Positions 11,921 through 24,172 of a DNA stretch of 64,000 bases are shown piece after piece. The DNA is taken from assembly GCF_001194135.2 (NCBI RefSeq), contig NC_068987.1:26502166-26566165 (forward strand). The letters run 5' to 3'. Under the pieces are notes generated by a model, which saw only the letters and a list, made by a program, of their open reading frames with translations, did no database searches and was not told where the DNA came from. The translations under genes and the position numbers were made by a program. Origin of the DNA: Octopus bimaculoides (taxonomy: Eukaryota). How positions within the stretch are numbered: the first letter of the stretch is position 1; each line of letters starts with the position of its first letter.

Positions 11921-13173
11921 NNNNNNNNNNNNNNNNNNNNNNNNNNNNNNNNNNNNNNNNNNNNNNNNNNNNNNNNNNNNNNNNNNNNNNNNNNNNNNNN
12001 NNNNNNNNNNNNNNNNNNNNNNNNNNNNNNNNNNNNNNNNNNNNNNNNNNNNNNNNNNNNNNNNNNNNNNNNNNNNNNNNNNNNNNNNNNNNNNNNNNNN
12101 NNNNNNNNNNNNNNNNNNNNNNNNNNNNNNNNNNNNNNNNNNNNNNNNNNNNNNNNNNNNNNNNNNNNNNNNNNNNNNNNNNNNNNNNNNNNNNNNNNNN
12201 NNNNNNNNNNNNNNNNNNNNNNNNNNNNNNNNNNNNNNNNNNNNNNNNNNNNNNNNNNNNNNNNNNNNNNNNNNNNNNNNNNNNNNNNNNNNNNNNNNNN
12301 NNNNNNNNNNNNNNNNNNNNNNNNNNNNNNNNNNNNNNNNNNNNNNNNNNNNNNNNNNNNNNNNNNNNNNNNNNNNNNNNNNNNNNNNNNNNNNNNNNNN
12401 NNNNNNNNNNNNNNNNNNNNNNNNNNNNNNNNNNNNNNNNNNNNNNNNNNNNNNNNNNNNNNNNNNNNNNNNNNNNNNNNNNNNNNNNNNTATATATATA
12501 TATATATATATATATGTACAAAGAGAGTGGGAGAGAGAGAAAAAGAGTGAGTTAGAGAGAGCGAGAGAGGGCGTGAGAAAGAGAAAGTCGAAGGGAGAGG
12601 GAAATACAGTGTTAAATAATCGGCAGGAGTAGAGGAAGTATGTAGAGTCGATGGCTATGAATGAGACCTGATGAGTTACTCTCTATTCATTTTGAATCTA
12701 GACTGTTCATTTCTATGATGGAAATAGAATGAACTAAAAGAAATGATTCTGCATAATGCCCAACTCATGTGATTATTACCTTCCTTTTCTGTGTCTCTGA
12801 GTCATTTTCTTTTCTCCTCTATTTATCCACACCATCTCTTTCTTTTCTCTTCGTATCTCTCCACCACCTTTATATATTTCCTGTTCCGGATTATTACCCT
12901 TTCGAATAAAAATCAACATTGCCGACTTTACGGCACAAACTTTGAAATAGCGGATAATGATATTTTAGTTTGTGATATTATTTTTTTATTTATTCTGTCT
13001 TTTAATTTGTTTGTCAGTTTGTTTGTCAGCTGCGTTGTTTGTTTGTTTGTTTGTTTGTCTCACCGCTTACACGATTTGAAATAACCTCGTTATCACAGAG
13101 GGACAGTATTTGTTAGTGTTTTTATAGGAACGTAAAGCTATATTAAAATGAGACACATTCCCTCAGCTAATAA

Positions 13174-13211
<38 letters not shown>

Positions 13212-13277
13212 CATATATATATACATATATATGCATACATATATATACATATATGTATCTATATATATTTGTATCTG

Positions 13278-13311
<34 letters not shown>

Positions 13312-13312
13312 A

Positions 13313-13344
<32 letters not shown>

Positions 13345-13704
13345 CAGTACATACTTAGATATACATGTCTGTACATGTATATATGTATATATATATATAT
13401 ATATATATAAGTTCAAAAAAAGACAAAAAACAATAACAAAAAACAACAAAGTGAGGACGTGATACGGATAGTGTTATTAGACGTTCGGGAAAGGAAAGAG
13501 AGAGAATATATATATATATATATATACACATACATATATATATGTATGTGTGTGTTTATATATATATATATATATATATGTACAATTTATATACGTGTAT
13601 ATATACATATATATAAATGTTTGAGTGTGCATGTATATATATATATATGTACAATATATATACATATATAGATATAGATATACATATGCATATATATGTA
13701 TGTG

Positions 13705-13735
<31 letters not shown>

Positions 13736-14073
13736 GCATATATATATATGTATTATGTGTGTGTGTGTGTGTCTTTGTGCGTGTGTCTGTTTGTATAGAT
13801 AAATATTCATACTTATATATGCGTGATTGTATGTATTTTTATATTTGCTTTCCGAATATTTCTTTCGTTACATTCTCATCTCACACGAAAATATATACTG
13901 TTTGCATTTTCTGTAGGCTTCTGAATAAATATTATGACTTTCATGCCGAATTATTTTTGTACGTTACCGAAACAAACAAACCGAGAATTGATTATTTTTT
14001 CTTACAGAACAGTCCCTTAGCTTATTCGACTTTTTCCTCTCTGAGACATATAGAGATCAACGTGTACTCCAAC

Positions 14074-14126
<53 letters not shown>

Positions 14127-14714
14127 ATACATACATGTGTGTACAATTATATGGATATATACAACAGAGTTGTATATATATTTACATATATGTATATATG
14201 TGTGTGGGGTGGAGTGTATGCATGTACATTCATATCTATGTATTTGTGTGCGTGCATTATGAAGGGAAAAAGCATGCACAGTTCGAATGAAAGTTTTGTT
14301 TTCGTTTTTAAGAGCGTTTCCGTCCACCTAATTGAAGTCAGTGTTTCGCTCACAACATATGACGACATTGCAATAAGAGTTTTGTATAATTTTATAATTT
14401 ATGAGATGTGATAAGCGAATCTCAATAGTATAGTCCGTTTTTGCTGGTACGATCTGGTACGTAAACTGGTGAAGCAGTTTTGGAGTTAGGCATGCATATA
14501 CATACACACACCAAAAACACACACCAAACACACGCACACACACACATACACACACGTCCATCCTCACACGTCAATTTGGATTTTTATCGTCTGGGTTTCT
14601 GTACACTATCTTTTAAAATTTTCTCACTCAGATGGAGATTTAGATTCTGATTTCTAAAGAAAAATTAAGAATAAAATTTTATGAAGCTGAAAGAAAATAT
14701 GTTTTGGGTATTTT

Positions 14715-15400
14715 TGTGTTGGCATAGCTTCCAGGTCCCAACTCCGTCGTGTCTGTGAATATATTCCTCTTGAGCCAGGACTGGACAGCCAGAGACAATA
14801 TGATTTATTGTTTCTTGTCCATCTCTACATATTCTGCAGTTACTTGTTATGTTTCTTTTCATTATATGTTTTTGGTAATTTCTTGGTTGGAGGCTTTGGT
14901 CTTTTGCTGTAATTGAAAATCCTTCAGTCTCTGCTTTGAGCCCTGAGCTTCCCAGCCATTGCTGGGATTTTGCTTTCTCTATTTCTTTTGCGTTTAGTTT
15001 AGCCCAGTATTTGCCATGAAGGGGCTTTTCTTGCCATCGTTTTATTATGATCCGTTGTTCGAGTTTTAGTTTGCATCTCATTTGTTTTACAGCTTTTGTT
15101 GTTTCTTCGTTTTCTTCAGGTAATATGACTTCTTGTTTGTATTTATCAACCTCCTTAAAGACTGAAAGCAGTTTTTTGTTTTGTTCGTGTTTTGTGGCTA
15201 TTAGTTTTCCTTGCTTCTGAAGTAAGTATTTTTGTAGTCCTATGGTGATTATTTTGTAATAGTTTTCTAGCTGTGTGAGGTTTCTAACAATTTCTATACG
15301 TTGCATATATATAACCTTTCTATTTCAGATTTTGGGTGGTGCATCCTAAATCTTGTCATTGTTTTTCTTGCTTTCTTGTCTATTTTGATTAGTTCATTTA
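14715..15400 (-). mobile_element. R4/Dong-clade LINE fragment (post-RT region and CCHC zinc knuckle)
   Basis: LNELIKIDKKARKTMTRFRMHHPKSEIERLY, then ORF 14665..15306 with WQEKPLHGKY, WLGSSGLKAETEGF, CRICRDGQETINHIVSGCPVLAQEEYIHRHD. Homologous to 7004-7560. Confidence 0.88.
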
Positions 15401-15708
15401 GTCGAACAAATCAACCCTAGGACTTATGGACATAAACACACCAGCATTGCTTGTCAAGCAATGGTGGTGGTGGTGGTGGTGGTAGTGGTGGTGGGACAAA
15501 CTCAGATACGATGACAAACGCACATAAATATATACACATACATATATATGTACGAGGGGCTCCTTTCAGTTTCCGTCTACCAAATCTACTCATAAGGCTT
15601 TGGCCGGCCCGATGCTATAGTAGAAGACATTTTCTCAAGGTGCCACGCAGTAGGACTGAAACCGAGACCATGTAGTTGGGAAGTAAGCTTCTTATCACAC
15701 AGCCGCAC
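15397..15708 (-). mobile_element. tRNA-derived SINE family A
   Basis: tttagtcgaacaaatcaaccctaggactta..gttgtcaagc..ctttcagtttccgtctaccaaatc..ggtgccacgcagtaggactgaaaccgagaccatg..cacacagcc. Confidence 0.85.
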
Positions 15709-16947
15709 CTTTCGAAAAAATGCCAAGAGTAATTTATTATAGGAAGCAGAAAGACACTATGTATATTTGACTTAACCAACTACCGGTTTCGGTTGTTTGA
15801 AGATGATCTCTTCTTGCTGGAATAAAATGGAAAAACATCGAAATAAGTTAAACTTTCAAAATATCAGTCTTGGAAGTTCACATGTTTTCTTATGGAGATC
15901 AGATGGTGTTTTATTTCTTATCCTTCTGACTGTTGCTATTTGACAGCGATATCAGCTTAATAATAGTGGTAGCTGGTAGGTCTGCTTGTGGTGGAGAATA
16001 TCGTAGTAGTAGCAACAGCTAGGTTTCCCAGTAGCTTTATGAAGTCTTTCGTCTAAGTAGTACTAGCGGTAGTGTTGGTTAATAGCTATTATTCATCTAT
16101 AATCTATCAGTAATCGTGGTGGTGGACCCAGCTAGAGATGCAGTAATGTTGTCGGTGGTGATTGTCTCCTTATCTCCGGCACAGGAATCTAGACATAGTC
16201 GCTATTTGATAGTGAAGGTTATTTCTGCGTTAATCCGTTGGCGCTGAGTTGTATTATTACCGAGTATATAGATAAGAAAAATCGAAAAGTGTGGTTGTTT
16301 CTTACCTGCACATATATCCACATGTCCACTAAGTCCTATTTATCTGCATTCCTGTATTTTAATTTGCGATCTACGGAATGTCATTCGTTGACGTAATGCA
16401 TTTTGCGTTTGCCTGAAGGTGGTTAGTTAAAAATGTAAATATCGTCTATCTGTTTTCCACGATAATGTTCTCTAAGTATTTTCTTCTTATTTTTACAGTA
16501 TACATTATCTTGTGGAGCAACCTTTCGTAAATATTGTATATTATTTTCTATCTAAATGTCACACAAGTATTAAAAAAAAATAGAACTGAGAAATATGTAC
16601 TTAGAAATCTGCTTGCGAATGCCCTGATGCACTGACTATTATACTATTTAAACCCACGAAACTTGGCACTGAGTAAAATACATTTAGCTATTTAAATTAG
16701 TAACGCTTGAGATCAAACTTCGGGATCATTTTTTTTATTTGCTAAATGTTTTATATTTGTTTAATTTTAATTGGTGGTGGGGATTAACTTTTAATCTGAT
16801 TAAACGTTGGAGATTCCTCGTGCGTTTTGCACAAATATTAGAAGTTCAAAAAGGAAATTTAATAGATTCTGTCTAGTTTTAGATGTTAGCAAAGATGAAA
16901 CATACATATAAAAGTACATACAAACACACATACATACATAATACAAA

Positions 16948-17017
<70 letters not shown>

Positions 17018-17118
17018 NNNNNNNNNNNNNNNNNNNNNNNNNNNNNNNNNNNNNNNNNNNNNNNNNNNNNNNNNNNNNNNNNNNNNNNNNNNNNNNNNNN
17101 NNNNNNNNNNNNNNNNNN

Positions 17119-17180
<62 letters not shown>

Positions 17181-17505
17181 ATGGATGTATATAACAAAAG
17201 ATTATGCTGGAATGAAGCCGTGTGAATGAGAAATTAGCTATAGCTTTCTAGTAGTGCAACAAAGAAATAGGTTTCAAACGATTGAGTAGAGCACAGCTCA
17301 ATAATTAATTATTTAGATTTCCGGCGCCTGTTGAGATTCAAGGTGATTTATAATGCCTCACAGTGAAGTGTATGTTGGTTAAGATACATAGCATAATGCG
17401 CCGTTCTTTGAAAGTGACTCTAAGACATTGTAGGCACGCAAAAGAAGAATGTTTTTATGAGGTGGTTGAATAAATCCTAAATCTATACAGAGTTGTTACC
17501 ATACA

Positions 17506-17875
17506 GGCGTAGGCATGGCTGTATAGTAAGGAGCTTGCTTGCTTCCCAATCACTGCGTGACACCTTGGGCAAGTGTCTTCTACTGTAGCCTTGGGTCGAC
17601 CAAACCCTTGCGATTGAATTTGGTAGACGGAAACTGAAAGAAACCCGTCCAATATTTATTTACATGTGTGTCTTTCTGTCTGTGTTTGTCACGATCCCTT
17701 TACAACCGATATGGGTGTGTTTACGTTACCGTACATTAGCGGCTCGCCAAAAGATACCGACAAAATAAGTAACATGCTTTCAAAGAATAACTTTTGCGGT
17801 CAATTTCTTCGACTAAAAGGCGGCACTCCGGCATGATCACAGTCAAATGACTGAAACAAATAAAATAAAAGAATA
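17506..17875 (+). mobile_element. tRNA-derived SINE family A
   Basis: ggcatggctgtatagtaaggagcttgc..caccttgggcaagtgtcttctactgtagcc..ggtagacggaaactgaaagaaacccgtc..cagtcaaatgactgaaacaaataaaataaaagaata. Confidence 0.85.
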
Positions 17876-19749
17876 CCTTCCAATCAGTGTCATGGCCCAC
17901 AGAATTTTCACTCATTTCATGTTGTTGTACCCTGACCCGTTCTTTTCTTGTCAAGGAGTGCTATTAACATTAATAAGTTTACTTCTGAAACGTACGATGG
18001 CGAGAGAGAGAGTGGCAAAAATGCTGTACTAGCTTTTGTCACTTAAATTAAATAACGTACAGATCTCTCACTATCATTTCATTTCTTGATCCGTTTTACA
18101 TCCTAGCACACATGCAGGGATGAAACTAATTCAGAACAATCAGGTTGACCGTGAGACAGCTACCATCTAAAAAGATTACGTAATCATACATGCACACATA
18201 TACATACATGCATACATACTACTTACATACGTACATACGCAGGTACATACATACATATCAACTGTACGAATTGTACTTATCTTTGACTTATGCTTTACCT
18301 TCTTTCCTTTGTGCTTAATTTCATTTGCTCACGTGTCAATCTGTATTTTACAACACTTTCTATTTTGGATTTTGGCACATCATTTACACATATATGCTAT
18401 GTGTATATGTGCCCATGAATATACATGTATGCTGTNNNNNNNNNNNNNNNNNNNNNNNNNNNNNNNNNNNNNNNNNNNNNNNNNNNNNNNNNNNNNNNNN
18501 NNNNNNNNNNNNNNNNNNNNNNNNNNNNNNNNNNNNNNNNNNNNNNNNNNNNNNNNNNNNNNNNNNNNNNNNNNNNNNNNNNNNNNNNNNNNNNNTATAT
18601 ATATATATATGCATATACATATACACACACACACACACATAAACACACACAAACACACACACAACCACACACACACATACACGCGCGTTTATAAACATTC
18701 ATTTAAAGCATACATACTGACGTATACACACCTGTGCATACACATATATATGCTTGTTCACATATATCTATATGTAGACTCAAACTCATACACACAGTAA
18801 TGCGTACACAGGCATACCCAAATACAAACTCATATGCACGCTCACATTGGTATTCTAGTCTAAATTGCTGCAAATGTTGGTGATTGGGGGAGGTACTGGA
18901 AAAGTATATTGAATAGAACTTGTATTATTGAGGAGGGGTGGCGGACTGTGGTTGTTGTAAACTAGTATTATACCGACGTAGGTACATAATTTAAACATTA
19001 TCTCATGCACATATACAGGAGCACTACCACATAAGCTGTCGAGCAGAAAATTTTCAAGTAATGCATATCTATCTATCTAGAATATATATATATATATATA
19101 TATACATATATACATACATACACACACAGAGAGGCACATACACACAAACACACGCACACACACACATACAAACACATACACTCACATATATGTAAGTATG
19201 TATATATATNNNNNNNNNNNNNNNNNNNNNNNNNNNNNNNNNNNNNNNNNNNNNNNNNNNNNNNNNNNNNNNNNNNNNNNNNNNNNNNNNNNNNNNNNNN
19301 NNNNNNNNNNNNNNNNNNNNNNNNNNNNNNNNNNNNNNNNNNNNNNNNNNNNNNNNNNNNNNNNNNNNNNNNNNNNNNNNNNNNNNNNNNNNNNNNNNNN
19401 NNNNNNNNNNNNNNNNNNNNNNNNNNNNNNNNNNNNNNNNNNNNNNNNNNNNNNNNNNNNNNNNNNNNNNNNNNTATATATATATATATATGTATACATA
19501 TAAGAAATATATGTACTTTATATATAGATACACAGACTTGCAGACATATATATGTAGGAGTGCCAACATCCCAAAGTAGAAACTGTTGTAAAACATACAA
19601 TAGCATGTAAACAATCAAAATTAAACAGAAAATATATCACAAGTCATAAAAATACAATTTATTCAGGTGATATAAAGGCTGTAAATATTGTATCTGTAAT
19701 AATAGGGAGACTTAAGTAACGTTTTGGAAATCTTTGTCACCAAAGGAAT

Positions 19750-20068
19750 TTTGATACAGGGCCAGCAATTTCTGGAAATGGGCTAAGTCGATTATATCGA
19801 TCTCAGTACTCCACTGGTATATTTTTTATCGACTCCGAAAGAATGAAAGGCAGACTTAGATTCGACGGAATTTGTACTCAGAATGTTAAGGGTTTTGAAT
19901 ATAAGATATAAAATTATCAACCCTTTCAACTATAGCAACAAGTCTGGAATTTTGATGGAGAGGGAGCTGTCGATTACATCAACCCCAGTTCTTCACTGTT
20001 ACTTAATTTATCGACCCGGAAAGAATAAAAGATTAAGTCAACCTGGGCGGATTTTGAGCTCAGAACCT
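19750..20068 (-). mobile_element. Two tandem SINE family B copies (about 19750-19885 and 19930-20068)
   Basis: Each carries gtcgatta(t/c)atc..cagt..ttatcgac..gaaagaat.aaag..tcagaa motifs matching 6671-6883. Confidence 0.75.
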
Positions 20069-20329
20069 TGAGAAAGGAAATCCCCCATCCCCTTTCCTAT
20101 CCATCCCCATCCATATCCCTCTCTCCCCTTCAACATTCCTCCCCTCCCCATTCCTCCCGTCCTCTTTCCCACTTCAACTAATCAACTAATCAACTAACCA
20201 AGTGATATGGATGGACCAAGTAACGAGAAAGAAGCAGAATTGTCATAAGATATGTTTCTTAGTAAGAAGAAACGTAATATTTGTGTGAATACGTACGCAT
20301 GTATCTCAGCTGGGATTTACAGGTTGGTA

Positions 20330-20950
20330 TAGTTTCAGAGGTCGAAATATCTGTGAATTTCATGAGTTCTATGAACGCAAAATGGAGCCCATTCAGTGAA
20401 TCTGTTCAAAGGAGTTCCATTGGCGACTAAGATTTCCAATCTTTCATATGGGTAAAATTTGCACAATTTTCAGTTTCCTATAGTGCAGTATTCCACTGGA
20501 TGACATAAAAAATGGAGTTCATTTTAAAATCGGATATGTAGGTAGCTAGTGTTGTGTTCTCAGCCCTATTAGAGTCCCTAAAAGAATAATTGTGAGAAGC
20601 GTACCGGTGTTTAAAGTGGTTTGATGTTATACTAATATAGGCTCTGGATGAAGAGTTATTGTTAAAGGAAGATATGTAATCTATACCCTTTCCGTAGCAG
20701 TTATTGTTGAATCGTAAGAGTTGGTATTAGTGAAATTTGCTGTTGTTGAAGAAAAAATGGTTTTTCACTAGCTTCTTGTAATGTTTGAAGCAAATTACGC
20801 GAATACGAATAAGATATTTGAAATATATCTTTGATGAAGATTTTATAGCATTTGTGACTCGGGGGTAGGTATTTTCTATTAGAGTCAAGATAATATTGTC
20901 TGGAGGTGTGAACCAAGTAATATTCCATTTGTTTGTTCTGTTGCGCATTT
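20330..20950 (-). mobile_element. Penelope-like element fragment (RT C-terminal linker and GIY-YIG endonuclease), disrupted
   Basis: Frames give KWNITWFTPP, RKYLPPSHKCYKIFIKDIFQISYSYSRN, NNNCYGKGIDY...RAYISITSNHFKHRYASHNYSF, NTTLATYI and YVIQWN, matching the remembered PLE pattern IIWFNPP..KHFP..HKIFN..KISYS..YIG.T..FK.RY.NH. Confidence 0.8.
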
Positions 20951-21084
20951 GTGTTCTAGGTGTGGGTTCTAAACCCTCACAAACTGGACGAAACTAGTGA
21001 AAATCCCATATACCTATAACAGGCGTGACCATGCACTTGTGTGTATGTATATATGCATTATAATGTATGTTTTATATTTGTGCA

Positions 21085-21149
<65 letters not shown>

Positions 21150-22547
21150 NNNNNNNNNNNNNNNNNNNNNNNNNNNNNNNNNNNNNNNNNNNNNNNNNNN
21201 NNNNNNNNNNNNNNNNNNNNNNNNNNNNNNNNNNNNNNNNNNNNNNNNNNNNNNNNNNNNNNNNNNNNNNNNNNNNNNNNNNNNNNNNNNNNNNNNNNNN
21301 NNNNNNNNNNNNNNNNNNNNNNNNNNNNNNNNNNNNNNNNNNNNNNNNNNNNNNNNNNNNNNNNNNNNNNNNNNNNNNNNNNNNNNNNNNNNNNNNNNNN
21401 NNNNNNNNNNNNNNNNNNNNNNNNNNNNNNNNNNNNNNNNNNNNNNNNNNNNNNNNNNNNNNNNNNNNNNNNNNNNNNNNNNNNNNNNNNNNNNNNNNNN
21501 NNNNNNNNNNNNNNNNNNNNNNNNNNNNNNNNNNNNNNNNNNNNNNNNNNNNNNNNNNNNNNNNNNNNNNNNNNNNNNNNNNNNNNNNNNNNNNNNNNNN
21601 NNNNNNNNNNNNNNNNNNNNNNNNNNNNNNNNNNNNNNNNNNNNNNNNNNNNNNNNNNNNNNNNNNNNNNNNNNNNNNNNNNNNNNNNNNNNNNNNNNNN
21701 NNNNNNNNNNNNNNNNNNNNNNNNNNNNNNNNNNNNNNNNNNNNNNNNNNNNNNNNNNNNNNNNNNNNNNNNNNNNNNNNNNNNNNNNNNNNNNNNNNNN
21801 NNNNNNNNNNNNNNNNNNNNNNNNNNNNNNNNNNNNNNNNNNNNNNNNNNNNNNNNNNNNNNNNNNNNNNNNNNNNNNNNNNNNNNNNNNNNNNNNNNNN
21901 NNNNNNNNNNNNNNNNNNNNNNNNNNNNNNNNNNNNNNNNNNNNNNNNNNNNNNNNNNNNNNNNNNNNNNNNNNNNNNNNNNNNNNNNNNNNNNNNNNNN
22001 NNNNNNNNNNNNNNNNNNNNNNNNNNNNNNNNNNNNNNNNNNNNNNNNNNNNNNNNNNNNNNNNNNNNNNNNTGCCATCCATTTTTATTTTATTTTATAT
22101 TATATATTGTATATTATATTATATATTGTATATTCCATATTCTATACCCCACATTAGTTCTGCAGGAATATAAATAAAACATAAAAAACAGACAGTGTTG
22201 GAACTCTTTTAAGCAAAATTATATATATATATATATGCATGTGTGTGCATGTGTGCATATGTGTATGTATGTATGCGTATGTATGGGTGTATGTTTAAGG
22301 GTATGTAATTTTTTTTTCCCTTCTTGTCATAAGTAACCTATAAATTAGCTCCGCTATTATTCTTTAGTGTTCGAAAAGCCTAAGTCAAGAAACAAAATGT
22401 GAGGTCTCACAATTATGGATTAAATGTATCTTTGAGTATCTTTGAGTTCTTTGTTCTAAGTGGCTGTAGGCTGTAGAGATCTTCTTTGAATTTCTCAGCC
22501 CCCGTTATGGAATTCACATACACACACAAACACACACGTGCACGCAT

Positions 22548-22658
<111 letters not shown>

Positions 22659-23248
22659 AAGCAATGAAAACGTGACTAAATATGCTATGCTTTTCACTTT
22701 CATTTTTTCACGTTCGTTTTGAATTTAACTCCTGTCAGTAACCACTATACTGTTTATCCTCTTAGAGTGGAGAAAATAAATACTAGATATTTAAAGACCC
22801 ATCCCCTGTGTCCTGGTGTCAAAGTAGTAAACATTACTGTTGTTATTTTATTGTTGACGCTACTAGTTTAAGAAATCAATACGCTGGAATGCATTAATGA
22901 TAGTTCCTCTGTTTTGTCCAATACAGAGGAACATTAATAAATTATTTTTCATATCTACACACGACAGTAGATAAAATAAATATCTTTTAAATTACTTTGA
23001 CTATAATATTATGAAGATAGGATGCTGGCTTATCAGTTAGTGAACGGTATTCCACTATTGTCATTTTCATTTCACTAAGTTCTTGTTCCTCATATTTCTG
23101 GTATTTACCTAAATGCTATCGACAGCAGGTGCCAAGTAACCATATGGTATTTTGTTACAGAGGCATATGATAAAAGAGATATTGTTGGAGCCCCTAACAT
23201 CACTTATATCAACGAGCTAATGAGGAAAACCCCGTGTAATGTTTCTTC

Positions 23249-23624
23249 TTACTCTTTTTTTTTTACTCTTTTACTTGTTACAGTCATTTGACTGCGGCCA
23301 TGCTGGAGCACCACCTTTAGTCGAGCAAATCGACCCCAGGACTTATTCTTTCTAAGCCTAGTACTTATTCTATCGGTCTCTTTTGCCGAACCGCTAAGTT
23401 ACGGGGGCATAAACACACCACCATCGGTTGTCAAGCGATGGTGGGGTGGGGGGACAAACACAGACACACATACATATATACATATACATATATCCGACAG
23501 GCTTCTTTCAGTTTCCGTCTACCAAATTCACTCACAAGGCTTTGGTCGGCCCGAGGCTATAGTAGAAGACACTTGCCCAAGGTGCCACGCAGTTTGACTG
23601 AACCCGGAACCATGTGGTTGGTAG
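23249..23624 (-). mobile_element. tRNA-derived SINE family A, best-preserved copy
   Basis: Sense strand ccaaccacatggttccgggttcagtcaaactgcgtggcaccttgggcaagtgtcttctactatagcc... ending cagtcaaatgactgtaacaagtaaaagagtaa; B-box-like GGTTCAGTC. Confidence 0.9.
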
Positions 23625-23789
23625 TAATAAAAACAAAATATTTTCCTCTCGTGTCTGAACCTTACTGATTTGAAATAGAAATAAACGACACATTTGTGGC
23701 TGGTTAAAATTCTTAGTGTAGGGGACATACATCTCAACGATATTCTAAGATCAAGTAGTTTTGTACGTGAAAGTTTAATAATCCTGAAA

Positions 23790-23925
23790 CCTCTGTAGAG
23801 TTCTTACACACAAGTCACTGAGTATCCGAAGTTCGCAATGTTTGGGAAAGGACGGGATAGTTAGCACTTTAATACCTTTCATCATAGGTCTGCTCAATCT
23901 GGGTCAACTTGGAGTTCAACAACAA
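23790..23925 (+). mobile_element. Short interspersed repeat family D, 3' end with (AAC)n tail
   Basis: ggacgggatagttagcac..tcataggtctgctcaatctgggtcaacttggagttcaacaacaac. Confidence 0.6.
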
Positions 23926-23929
23926 CCAC

Positions 23930-23962
<33 letters not shown>

Positions 23963-24138
23963 CACCACCACCACCACCATCACCACCACCACCAAGACCA
24001 GCACCAGCAGCAGCACCACCAGCACCAGCACTACTNNNNNNNNNNNNNNNNNNNNNNNNNNNNNNNNNNNNNNNNNNNNNNNNNNNNNNNNNNNNNNNNN
24101 NNNNNNNNNNNNNNNNNNNNNNNNCCACCACCACCACC

Positions 24139-24170
<32 letters not shown>

Positions 24171-24172
24171 CA
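23918..24172. repeat. Compound trinucleotide array AAC-GAC-CAC-CAG..CAC-AAC spanning a gap
   Basis: Directly visible; source of the poly-D/H/Q/P/T ORFs. Confidence 0.9.

Noticed and set aside
4970-12632. Long ORFs (up to 707 aa) in the ORF track here and at the other N gaps
   Set aside because: They consist of X from N runs plus microsatellite translations; there is no coding evidence.
15790-16050. Possible PLE RT motif (SLTYFDVFPFYSS, GKPSC) on the minus strand
   Set aside because: Only short motif-level resemblance amid many stops; not enough to call without an HMM search.
16305-16410. Minus-strand candidate exon with a good donor
   Set aside because: Stops in all three frames.
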